This document shows positions 25,385 through 38,700 of a DNA stretch of 64,000 nucleotides, piece by piece. The stretch covers positions 244,218,001 through 244,282,000 of the forward strand of contig OZ024741.1 in assembly GCA_964016885.1 (NCBI GenBank), in the 5' to 3' direction. The number at the start of each line of letters is the position of its first letter. Position 1 is the stretch's first letter. The notes below the pieces were generated by a model, which saw only the letters and a program-made list of their open reading frames with translations, searched no databases and had not been told where the DNA came from. This DNA is from Eledone cirrhosa. Lineage: Eukaryota. Made by a program: the position numbers and the translations under genes.

Positions 25385-28300
25385 GATCCGACCACGGGCA
25401 GCCGGCCCACGATCGAGAAAAAGGTAACTCCGCCGGCAAATAGTCATTTTTGTGATTCGTTTTCTTCGAAGCACACCATTCGCCGCCGGACTTCAGCTTC
25501 CTCATTTAGCATGGGCAGCTTTTCTTGAAAATCACACCACACACAGAAAATGTGTGTCTGCACATGTACCAGTAATTACAGATCGATCCGACCACGGGCG
25601 GCCGGCCCACGGTCGAAAAGGTAACTCCGCCGGCAAATCCGCATTTTTGTGATTCGTTTCTTCGAAGCACACCATTTGCCGCCGGACTTCAGCTTCCTCA
25701 TTTAGCATGGGCAGCTTTTCTTGAAAATCACACCACACACAGCAAATGTGTGTTTGCACATTTACCAGTAATTACAGATCGATCCGACCACGGGCGGCCG
25801 GCCCACGATTCAAAAAGGTAACTCCGCCGGCAAATCCGCATTTTTGTGATTCGTTTCTTCGAAGCACACCATTCGCCGCCGGACTTCAGCTTCCTCATTT
25901 AGCATGGGCAGCTTTTCTTGAAAATCACACCACACACAGCCAATGAGTGTCTGCACATCTACCAGTAATTACAGATCGATCCGACCACGGGCGGCCGGCC
26001 CACAATCGAAAAGGTAACTCCGCCGGCAAATTCGCATTTTTGTGATTCGTTTCTTCGAAGCACACCATTCGCTGGTGGACTTCAGCTTCCTCATTTAGCA
26101 TGGGCAGCTTTTCTTGAAAATCACACCACACACAGATGATGTGTGTCTGCACAGGTACCAGTAATTACAGATCGATCCGACCACGGGCGGCCGGCCCACC
26201 ATCGAAAAGGTAACTCCGCCGGCAAATCCGCATTTTTGTGATTCGTTTCTTCGAAGCACACCATTCGCCGCCGGACTTCAGCTTCCTAATTTAGCATGGG
26301 CGGTTTTTCTTGAAAATCACACCACATACAGCAAATGTGTGTCTGCACATGTAACAGTACGTACAGATCGATCCGACCACGGGCGGCCGGCCCACATTCT
26401 AAAAGGTTACTCCGCCTGCAAATCGTCATTTTCGGATTCGTTTTCTTCGAAGCACACCATTCGCCGGCGGACTTCAGCTGCCTCATTTAACATGGGCAGT
26501 TTTTCTTGAAGTTCACACCACACACAGCCAATGAGTGTTTGCACATGTACCAGTAATTACAGATCGATCCGACCACGGGCGGCCGGCCCACGATCGAAAA
26601 AAAGGTAACTCCGCCGGCAAATAGTCATTTTTGTGATTCGTTTTCTTCGAAGCACACCATTCGCCGCCGGACTTCAGCTTCCTCATTTAGCATGGGCATC
26701 TTTTCTTGAAAATCACACCACACACAGGAAATGTGTGTCTGCACAGGTACCAGTAATTACAGATCGATCCGACCACGGGCGGCCGGCCCACGATCGAAAA
26801 GGTAACTCCGCCGGCAAATTCGCATTTTTGTGATTCGTTTCTTCGAAGCACACCATTCGCTGGTGGACTTCAGCTTCCTCATTTAGCATGGGCAGCTTTT
26901 CTTGAAAATCACACCACACACAGAAGATGTGTGTCTGCACAGGTACCAGTAATTACAGATTGATCCGACCATGGGCGGCCGGCCCACGATCGAAAAGGTA
27001 ACTCCGCCGGCAAATCCGCATTTTTGTGATTCGTTTCTACGAAGCACACCATTCGCCGCCGGACTTCAGCTTCCTCATTTAGCATGGGCAGCTTTTCTTG
27101 AAAATCACACCACACACAGCAAATGTGTGTCTGCACATTTACCAGTAATTACAGATCGATCCGACCACGGGCGGCTGGCCCACGATCGAAAAGGTAACTC
27201 CGCCGGCAAATCCGCATTTTTGTGATTCGTTTCTTCGAAGCACACCATTCGCCGCCGGACTTCAGCTTCCTAATTTAGCATGGGCGGTTTTTCTTGAAAA
27301 TCACACCACACACAGAGAATGTGTGTCTGCACATGGAACAGTACGTACAGATCGATCCGACCACGGGCGGCCGGCCCACATTCGAAAAGGTTACTCCGCC
27401 TGCAAATCGTCATTTTCGGATTCGTTTTCTTCGAAGCACACCATTCGCCGGCGGACTTCAGCTGCCTCATTTAACATGGGCAGTTTTTCTTGAAGATCAC
27501 ACCACACACAGCCAATGAGGGTTTGCACATGTACCAGTAATTACAGATCGATCCGACCGCGGGCGGCCGGCCCACGATCGAAAAAAAGGTAACTCCGCCG
27601 GCAAATAGTCATTTTTGTGATTCGTTTTCTTCGAAGCACACCATTCGCCGCCGGACTTCAGCTGCCTCATTTAACTTGGGCAGTTTTTCTTGAAGATCAC
27701 ACCACACACAGCAAATGTGTGTCTGCACAGGTACCAGTAATTACAGATCGATCCGACCACGGGCGGCCGGGCCACGATCGAAAAGGTAACTCCGCCGGCA
27801 AATCCGCATTTTTGTGATTCGTTTCTTCGAAGCACACCATTCGCCGCCGGACTTCAGCTTCCTCATTTAGCATGGGCAGCTTTTCTTGAAAATCACACCA
27901 CACACAGCAAGTCTGTGTCTGCACATTTCCCAGTAATTACAGATCGATCCGACCACGGGCAGCCGGCCCACGATCGAGAAAAAGGTAACTCCGCCGGCAA
28001 ATAGTCATTTTTGTGATTCGTTTTCTTCGAAGCACACCATTCGCCGCCGGACTTCAGCTTCCTCATTTAGCATGGGCAGCTTTTCTTGAAAATCACACCA
28101 CACACAGAAAATGTGTGTCTGCACATGTACCAGTAATTACAGATCGATCCGACCACGGGCGGCCGGCCCACGGTCGAAAAGGTAACTCCGCCGGCAAATC
28201 CGCATTTTTGTGATTCGTTTCTTCGAAGCACACCATTTGCCGCCGGACTTCAGCTTCCTCATTTAGCATGGGCAGCTTTTCTTGAAAATCACACCACACA

Positions 28301-30506
28301 CAGCAAATGTGTGTTTGCACATTTACCAGTAATTACAGATCGATCCGACCACGGGCGGCCGGCCCACGATTCAAAAAGGTAACTCCGCCGGCAAATCCGC
28401 ATTTTTGTGATTCGTTTCTTCGAAGCACACCATTCGCCGCCGGACTTCAGCTTCCTCATTTAGCATGGGCAGCTTTTCTTGAAAATCACACCACACACAG
28501 CCAATGAGTGTCTGCACATCTACCAGTAATTACAGATCGATCCGACCACGGGCGGCCGGCCCACAATCGAAAAGGTAACTCCGCCGGCAAATTCGCATTT
28601 TTGTGATTCGTTTCTTCGAAGCACACCATTCGCTGGTGGACTTCAGCTTCCTCATTTAGCATGGGCAGCTTTTCTTGAAAATCACACCACACACAGATGA
28701 TGTGTGTCTGCACAGGTACCAGTAATTACAGATCGATCCGACCACGGGCGGCCGGCCCACCATCGAAAAGGTAACTCCGCCGGCAAATCCGCATTTTTGT
28801 GATTCGTTTCTTCGAAGCACACCATTCGCCGCCGGACTTCAGCTTCCTAATTTAGCATGGGCGGTTTTTCTTGAAAATCACACCACATACAGCAAATGTG
28901 TGTCTGCACATGTAACAGTACGTACAGATCGATCCGACCACGGGCGGCCGGCCCACATTCTAAAAGGTTACTCCGCCTGCAAATCGTCATTTTCGGATTC
29001 GTTTTCTTCGAAGCACACCATTCGCCGGCGGACTTCAGCTGCCTCATTTAACATGGGCAGTTTTTCTTGAAGTTCACACCACACACAGCCAATGAGTGTT
29101 TGCACATGTACCAGTAATTACAGATCGATCCGACCACGGGCGGCCGGCCCACGATCGAAAAAAAGGTAACTCCGCCGGCAAATAGTCATTTTTGTGATTC
29201 GTTTTCTTCGAAGCACACCATTCGCCGCCGGACTTCAGCTTCCTCATTTAGCATGGGCATCTTTTCTTGAAAATCACACCACACACAGGAAATGTGTGTC
29301 TGCACAGGTACCAGTAATTACAGATCGATCCGACCACGGGCGGCCGGCCCACGATCGAAAAGGTAACTCCGCCGGCAAATTCGCATTTTTGTGATTCGTT
29401 TCTTCGAAGCACACCATTCGCTGGTGGACTTCAGCTTCCTCATTTAGCATGGGCAGCTTTTCTTGAAAATCACACCACACACAGAAGATGTGTGTCTGCA
29501 CAGGTACCAGTAATTACAGATTGATCCGACCATGGGCGGCCGGCCCACGATCGAAAAGGTAACTCCGCCGGCAAATCCGCATTTTTGTGATTCGTTTCTA
29601 CGAAGCACACCATTCGCCGCCGGACTTCAGCTTCCTCATTTAGCATGGGCAGCTTTTCTTGAAAATCACACCACACACAGCAAATGTGTGTCTGCACATT
29701 TACCAGTAATTACAGATCGATCCGACCACGGGCGGCTGGCCCACGATCGAAAAGGTAACTCCGCCGGCAAATCCGCATTTTTGTGATTCGTTTCTTCGAA
29801 GCACACCATTCGCCGCCGGACTTCAGCTTCCTAATTTAGCATGGGCGGTTTTTCTTGAAAATCACACCACACACAGAGAATGTGTGTCTGCACATGGAAC
29901 AGTACGTACAGATCGATCCGACCACGGGCGGCCGGCCCACATTCGAAAAGGTTACTCCGCCTGCAAATCGTCATTTTCGGATTCGTTTTCTTCGAAGCAC
30001 ACCATTCGCCGGCGGACTTCAGCTGCCTCATTTAACATGGGCAGTTTTTCTTGAAGATCACACCACACACAGCCAATGAGGGTTTGCACATGTACCAGTA
30101 ATTACAGATCGATCCGACCGCGGGCGGCCGGCCCACGATCGAAAAAAAGGTAACTCCGCCGGCAAATAGTCATTTTTGTGATTCGTTTTCTTCGAAGCAC
30201 ACCATTCGCCGCCGGACTTCAGCTGCCTCATTTAACTTGGGCAGTTTTTCTTGAAGATCACACCACACACAGCAAATGTGTGTCTGCACAGGTACCAGTA
30301 ATTACAGATCGATCCGACCACGGGCGGCCGGGCCACGATCGAAAAGGTAACTCCGCCGGCAAATCCGCATTTTTGTGATTCGTTTCTTCGAAGCACACCA
30401 TTCGCCGCCGGACTTCAGCTTCCTCATTTAGCATGGGCAGCTTTTCTTGAAAATCACACCACACACAGCAAGTCTGTGTCTGCACATTTCCCAGTAATTA
30501 CAGATC
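25385..30506 (+). repeat. Tandem duplication of a 2561-bp 13-mer (25385-27945, 27946-30506)
   Basis: Markers catttgcc, gattcaaaaagg, cacattcta, gaagttcac, ggcatctt, ttctacga, atgagggtt and ttaacttgg recur at +2561 (ORFs 25452/28013, 26633/29194, 27617/30178). 9x196+197+3x200=2561. Confidence 0.92.
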
Positions 30507-33500
30507 GATCCGACCACGGGCGGCCGGCCCACGATCGAAAAGGTAACTCCGCCGGCAAATCCGCATTTTTGTGATTCGTTTCTTCGAAGCACACCATTCG
30601 CCGCCGGACTTCAGCTTCCTCATTTAGCATGGGCAGCTTTTCTTGAAAATCACACCACACACAGCCAATGAGTGTCTGCACATCTACTAGTAATTACAGA
30701 TCGATCCGACCACGGGCGGCCGGCTCACAATCGAAAAGGTAACTCCGCCGGCAAATTCGCATTTTTGTGATTCGTTTCTTCGAAGCACACCATTCGCTGG
30801 TGGACTTCAGCTTCCTCATTTAGCATGGGCAGCTTTTCTTGAAAATCACACCACACACAGATGATGTGTGTCTGCACAGGTACCAGTAATTACAGATTGA
30901 TCCGACCACGGGCGGCCGGCCCACGATCGAAAAGGTAACTCCGCCGGCAAATCCGCATTTTTGTGATTCGTTTCTTCGAAGCACACCATTCGCCGCCGGA
31001 CTTCAGCTTCCTCATTTAGCATGGGCAGCTTTTCTTGAAAATCACACCACACACAGCAAATGTGTGTCTGCACATTTACCAGTAATTACAGATCGATCCG
31101 ACCACGGGCGGCTGGCCCACGATCGAAAAGGTAACTCCGCCGGCAAATCCGCATTTTTGTGATTCGTTTCTTCGAAGCACACCATTCGCCGCGGGACTTC
31201 AGCTTCCTAATTTAGCATGGGCGGTTTTTCTTGAAAATCACACCACACACAGAAAATGTGTGTCTGCACATGGAACAGTACGTACAGATCGATCCGACCA
31301 CGGGCGGCCGGCCCACATTCGAAAAGGTTACTCCGCCTGCAAATCGTCATTTTCGGATTCGTTTTCTTCGAAGCACACCATTCGCCGGCGGACTTCAGCT
31401 GCCTCATTTAACATGGGCAGTTTTTCTTGAAGATCACACCACACACAGCCAATGAGTGTTTGCACATGTACCAGTAATTACAGATCGATCCGACCGCGGG
31501 CGGCCGGCCCACGATCGAAAAAAAGGTAACTCCGCCGGCAAATAGTCATTTTTGTGATTCGTTTTCTTCGAAGCACACCATTCGCCGCCGGACTTCAGCT
31601 GCCTCATTTAACATGGGCAGTTTTTCTTGAAGATCACACCACACACAGCAAATGTGTGTCTTCACAGGTACCAGTAATTACAGATCGATCCGACCACGGG
31701 CGGCCGGGCCACGATCGAAAAGGTAACTCCGCCGGCAAATCCGCATTTTTGTGATTCGTTTCTTCGAAGCACACCATTCGCCGCCGGACTTCAGCTTCCT
31801 CATTTAGCATGGGCAGCTTTTCTTGAAAATCACACCACACACAGCAAATCTGTGTCTGCACATTTACCAGTAATTACAGATCGATCCGACCACGGGCAGC
31901 CGGCCCACGATCGAGAAAAAGGTAACTCCGCCGGCAAATAGTCATTTTTGTGATTCGTTTTCTTCGAAGCACACCATTCGCCGCCGGACTTCAGCTTCCT
32001 CATTTAGCATGGGCAGCTTTTCTTGAAAATCACACCACACACAGAAAATGTGTGTCTGCACATGTACCAGTAATTACAGATCGATCCGACCACGGGCGGC
32101 CGGCCCACGGTCGAAAAGGTAACTCCGCCGGCAAATCCGCATTTTTGTGATTCGTTTCTTCGAAGCACACCATTCGCCGCCGGACTTCAGCTTCCTCATT
32201 TAGCATGGGCAGCTTTTCTTGAAAATCACACCACACACAGCAAATGTGTGTTTGCACATTTACCAGTAATTACAGATCGATCCGACCACGGGCGGCCGGC
32301 CCACGATTGAAAAGGTAACTCCGCCGGCAAATCCGCATTTTTGTGATTCGTTTCTTCGAAGCACACCATTCGCCGCCGGACTTCAGCTTCCTCATTTAGC
32401 ATGGGCAGCTTTTCTTGAAAATCACACCACACACAGCCAATGAGTGTCTGCACATCTACCAGTAATTACAGATCGATCCGACCACGGGCGGCCGGCCCAC
32501 AATCGAAAAGGTAACTCCGCCGGCAAATTCGCATTTTTGTGATTCGTTTCTTCGAAGCACACCATTCGCTGGTGGACTTCAGCTTCCTCATTTAGCATGG
32601 GCAGCTTTTCTTGAAAATCACACCACACACAGATGATGTGTGTCTGCACAGGTACCAGTAATTACAGATCGATCCGACCACGGGCGGCCGGCCCACCATC
32701 GAAAAGGTAACTCCGCCGGCAAATCCGCATTTTTGTGATTCGTTTCTTCGAAGCACACCATTCGCCGCCGGACTTCAGCTTCCTAATTTAGCATGGGCGG
32801 TTTTTCTTGAAAATCACACCACACACAGAGAATGTGTGTCTGCACATGGAACAGTACGTACAGATCGATCCGACCACGGGCGGCCGGCCCACATTCGAAA
32901 AGGTTACTCCGCCTGCAAATCGTCATTTTCGGATTCGTTTTCTTCGAAGCACACCATTCGCCGGCGGACTTCAGCTGCCTCATTTAACATGGGCAGTTTT
33001 TCTTGAAGATCACACCACACACAGCCAATGAGGGTTTGCACATGTACCAGTAATTACAGATCGATCCGACCGCGGGCGGCCGGCCCACGATCGAAAAAAA
33101 GGTAACTCCGCCGGCAAATAGTCATTTTTGTGATTCGTTTTCTTCGAAGCACACCATTCGCCGCCGGACTTCAGCTGCCTCATTTAACTTGGGCAGTTTT
33201 TCTTGAAGATCACACCACACACAGCAAATGTGTGTCTGCACAGGTACCAGTAATTACAGATCGATCCGACCACGGGCGGCCGGGCCACGATCGAAAAGGT
33301 AACTCCGCCGGCAAATCCGCATTTTTGTGATTCGTTTCTTCGAAGCACACCATTCGCCGCCGGACTTCAGCTTCCTCATTTAGCATGGGCAGCTTTTCTT
33401 GAAAATCACACCACACACAGCAAGTCTGTGTCTGCACATTTCCCAGTAATTACAGATCGATCCGACCACGGGCGGCCGGCCCACGATCGAAAAGGTAACT

Positions 33501-35760
33501 CCGCCGGCAAATCCGCATTTTTGTGATTCGTTTCTTCGAAGCACACCATTCGCCGCCGGACTTCAGCTTCCTCATTTAGCATGGGCAGCTTTTCTTGAAA
33601 ATCACACCACACACAGCCAATGAGTGTCTGCACATCTACTAGTAATTACAGATCGATCCGACCACGGGCGGCCGGCTCACAATCGAAAAGGTAACTCCGC
33701 CGGCAAATTCGCATTTTTGTGATTCGTTTCTTCGAAGCACACCATTCGCTGGTGGACTTCAGCTTCCTCATTTAGCATGGGCAGCTTTTCTTGAAAATCA
33801 CACCACACACAGATGATGTGTGTCTGCACAGGTACCAGTAATTACAGATTGATCCGACCACGGGCGGCCGGCCCACGATCGAAAAGGTAACTCCGCCGGC
33901 AAATCCGCATTTTTGTGATTCGTTTCTTCGAAGCACACCATTCGCCGCCGGACTTCAGCTTCCTCATTTAGCATGGGCAGCTTTTCTTGAAAATCACACC
34001 ACACACAGCAAATGTGTGTCTGCACATTTACCAGTAATTACAGATCGATCCGACCACGGGCGGCTGGCCCACGATCGAAAAGGTAACTCCGCCGGCAAAT
34101 CCGCATTTTTGTGATTCGTTTCTTCGAAGCACACCATTCGCCGCGGGACTTCAGCTTCCTAATTTAGCATGGGCGGTTTTTCTTGAAAATCACACCACAC
34201 ACAGAAAATGTGTGTCTGCACATGGAACAGTACGTACAGATCGATCCGACCACGGGCGGCCGGCCCACATTCGAAAAGGTTACTCCGCCTGCAAATCGTC
34301 ATTTTCGGATTCGTTTTCTTCGAAGCACACCATTCGCCGGCGGACTTCAGCTGCCTCATTTAACATGGGCAGTTTTTCTTGAAGATCACACCACACACAG
34401 CCAATGAGTGTTTGCACATGTACCAGTAATTACAGATCGATCCGACCGCGGGCGGCCGGCCCACGATCGAAAAAAAGGTAACTCCGCCGGCAAATAGTCA
34501 TTTTTGTGATTCGTTTTCTTCGAAGCACACCATTCGCCGCCGGACTTCAGCTGCCTCATTTAACATGGGCAGTTTTTCTTGAAGATCACACCACACACAG
34601 CAAATGTGTGTCTTCACAGGTACCAGTAATTACAGATCGATCCGACCACGGGCGGCCGGGCCACGATCGAAAAGGTAACTCCGCCGGCAAATCCGCATTT
34701 TTGTGATTCGTTTCTTCGAAGCACACCATTCGCCGCCGGACTTCAGCTTCCTCATTTAGCATGGGCAGCTTTTCTTGAAAATCACACCACACACAGCAAA
34801 TCTGTGTCTGCACATTTACCAGTAATTACAGATCGATCCGACCACGGGCAGCCGGCCCACGATCGAGAAAAAGGTAACTCCGCCGGCAAATAGTCATTTT
34901 TGTGATTCGTTTTCTTCGAAGCACACCATTCGCCGCCGGACTTCAGCTTCCTCATTTAGCATGGGCAGCTTTTCTTGAAAATCACACCACACACAGAAAA
35001 TGTGTGTCTGCACATGTACCAGTAATTACAGATCGATCCGACCACGGGCGGCCGGCCCACGGTCGAAAAGGTAACTCCGCCGGCAAATCCGCATTTTTGT
35101 GATTCGTTTCTTCGAAGCACACCATTCGCCGCCGGACTTCAGCTTCCTCATTTAGCATGGGCAGCTTTTCTTGAAAATCACACCACACACAGCAAATGTG
35201 TGTTTGCACATTTACCAGTAATTACAGATCGATCCGACCACGGGCGGCCGGCCCACGATTGAAAAGGTAACTCCGCCGGCAAATCCGCATTTTTGTGATT
35301 CGTTTCTTCGAAGCACACCATTCGCCGCCGGACTTCAGCTTCCTCATTTAGCATGGGCAGCTTTTCTTGAAAATCACACCACACACAGCCAATGAGTGTC
35401 TGCACATCTACCAGTAATTACAGATCGATCCGACCACGGGCGGCCGGCCCACAATCGAAAAGGTAACTCCGCCGGCAAATTCGCATTTTTGTGATTCGTT
35501 TCTTCGAAGCACACCATTCGCTGGTGGACTTCAGCTTCCTCATTTAGCATGGGCAGCTTTTCTTGAAAATCACACCACACACAGATGATGTGTGTCTGCA
35601 CAGGTACCAGTAATTACAGATCGATCCGACCACGGGCGGCCGGCCCACCATCGAAAAGGTAACTCCGCCGGCAAATCCGCATTTTTGTGATTCGTTTCTT
35701 CGAAGCACACCATTCGCCGCCGGACTTCAGCTTCCTAATTTAGCATGGGCGGTTTTTCTT
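29860..35760 (+). repeat. Tandem duplication of a 2952-bp 15-mer (approximate boundaries)
   Basis: ORF and marker pairs 30178/33130, 31554/34506, 32422/35374; 12x196+3x200=2952. Confidence 0.88.
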
Positions 35761-38700
35761 GAAAATCACACCACATACAGCAAATGTGTGTCTGCACATG
35801 TAACAGTACGTACAGATCGATCCGACCACGGGCGGCCGGCCCACATTCTAAAAGGTTACTCCGCCTGCAAATCGTCATTTTCGGATTCGTTTTCTTCGAA
35901 GCACACCATTCGCCGGCGGACTTCAGCTGCCTCATTTAACATGGGCAGTTTTTCTTGAAGTTCACACCACACACAGCCAATGAGTGTTTGCACATGTACC
36001 AGTAATTACAGATCGATCCGACCACGGGCGGCCGGCCCACGATCGAAAAAAAGGTAACTCCGCCGGCAAATAGTCATTTTTGTGATTCGTTTTCTTCGAA
36101 GCACACCATTCGCCGCCAGACTTCAGCTTCCTCATTTAGCATGGGCATCTGTTCTTGAAAATCACACCACACACAGGAAATGTGTGTCTGCACAGGTACC
36201 AGTAATTACAGATCGATCCGACCACGGGCGGCCGGCCCACGATCGAAAAGGTAACTCCGCCGGCAAATTCGCATTTTTGTGATTCGTTTCTTCGAAGCAC
36301 ACCATTCGCTGGTGGACTTCAGCTTCCTCATTTAGCATGGGCAGCTTTTCTTGAAAATCACACCACACACAGAAGATGTGTGTCTGCACAGGTACCAGTA
36401 ATTACAGATTGATCCGACCATGGGCGGCCGGCCCACGATCGAAAAGGTAACTCCGCCGGCAAATCCGCATTTTTGTGATTCGTTTCTACGAAGCACACCA
36501 TTCGCCGCCGGACTTCAGCTTCCTCATTTAGCATGGGCAGCTTTTCTTGAAAATCACACCACACACAGCAAATGTGTGTCTGCACATTTACCAGTAATTA
36601 CAGATCGATCCGACCACGGGCGGCTGGCCCACGATCGAAAAGGTAACTCCGCCGGCAAATCCGCATTTTTGTGATTCGTTTCTTCGAAGCACACCATTCG
36701 CCGCCGGACTTCAGCTTCCTAATTTAGCATGGGCGGTTTTTCTTGAAAATCACACCACACACAGAGAATGTGTGTCTGCACATGGAACAGTACGTACAGA
36801 TCGATCCGACCACGGGCGGCCGGCCCACATTCGAAAAGGTTACTCCGCCTGCAAATCGTCATTTTCGGATTCGTTTTCTTCGAAGCACACCATTCGCCGG
36901 CGGACTTCAGCTGCCTCATTTAACATGGGCAGTTTTTCTTGAAGATCACACCACACACAGCCAATGAGGGTTTGCACATGTACCAGTAATTACAGATCGA
37001 TCCGACCGCGGGCGGCCGGCCCACGATCGAAAAAAAGGTAACTCCGCCGGCAAATAGTCATTTTTGTGATTCGTTTTCTTCGAAGCACACCATTCGCCGC
37101 CGGACTTCAGCTGCCTCATTTAACTTGGGCAGTTTTTCTTGAAGATCACACCACACACAGCAAATGTGTGTCTGCACAGGTACCAGTAATTACAGATCGA
37201 TCCGACCACGGGCGGCCGGGCCACGATCGAAAAGGTAACTCCGCCGGCAAATCCGCATTTTTGTGATTCGTTTCTTCGAAGCACACCATTCGCCGCCGGA
37301 CTTCAGCTTCCTCATTTAGCATGGGCAGCTTTTCTTGAAAATCACACCACACACAGCAAGTCTGTGTCTGCACATTTACCAGTAATTACAGATCGATCCG
37401 ACCACGGGCAGCCGGCCCACGATCGAGAAAAAGGTAACTCCGCCGGCAAATAGTCATTTTTGTGATTCGTTTTCTTCGAAGCACACCATTCGCCGCCGGA
37501 CTTCAGCTTCCTCATTTAGCATGGGCAGCTTTTCTTGAAAATCACACCACACACAGAAAATGTGTGTCTGCACAGGTACCAGTAATTACAGATCGATCCG
37601 ACCACGGGCGGCCGGCCCACGGTCGAAAAGGTAACTCCGCCGGCAAATCCGCATTTTTGTGATTCGTTTCTTCGAAGCACACCATTCGCCGCCGGACTTC
37701 AGCTTCCTCATTTAGCATGGGCAGCTTTTCTTGAAAATCACACCACACACAGCAAATGTGTGTCTGCAGATTTACCAGTAATTACAGATCGATCCGACCA
37801 CGGGCGGCCGGCCCACGATTTAAAAAGGTAACTCCGCCGGCAAATCCGCATTTTTGTGATTCGTTTCTTCGAAGCACACCATTCGCCGCCGGACTTCAGC
37901 TTCCTCATTTAGCATGGGCAGCTTTTCTTGAAAATCACACCACAAACAGCCAATGAGTGTCTGCACATCTACCAGTAATTACAGATCGATCCGACCACGG
38001 GCGGCCGGCCCACAATCGAAAAGGTAACTCCGCCGGCAAATCCGCATTTTTGTGATTCGTTTCTACGAAGCACACCATTCGCCGCCGGACTTCAGCTTCC
38101 TCATTTAGCATGGGCAGCTTTTCTTGAAAATCACACCACACACAGCAAATGTGTGTCTGCACATTTACCAGTAATTACAGATCGATCCGACCACGGGCGG
38201 CTGGCCCACGATCGAAAAGGTAACTCCGCCGGCAAATCCGCATTTTTGTGATTCGTTTCTTCGAAGCACACCATTCGCCGCCGGACTTCAGCTTCCTAAT
38301 TTAGCATGGGCGGTTTTTCTTGAAAATCACACCACACACAGAGAATGTGTGTCTGCACATGGAACAGTACGTACAGATCGATCCGACCACGGGCGGCCGG
38401 CCCACATTCGAAAAGGTTACTCCGCCTGCAAATCGTCATTTTCGGATTCGTTTTCTTCGAAGCACACCATTCGCCGGCGGACTTCAGCTGCCTCATTTAA
38501 CATGGGCAGTTTTTCTTGAAGATCACACCACACACAGCCAATGAGGGTTTGCACATGTACCAGTAATTACAGATCGATCCGACCGCGGGCGGCCGGCCCA
38601 CGATCGAAAAAAAGGTAACTCCGCCGGCAAATAGTCATTTTTGTGATTCGTTTTCTTCGAAGCACACCATTCGCCGCCGGACTTCAGCTGCCTCATTTAA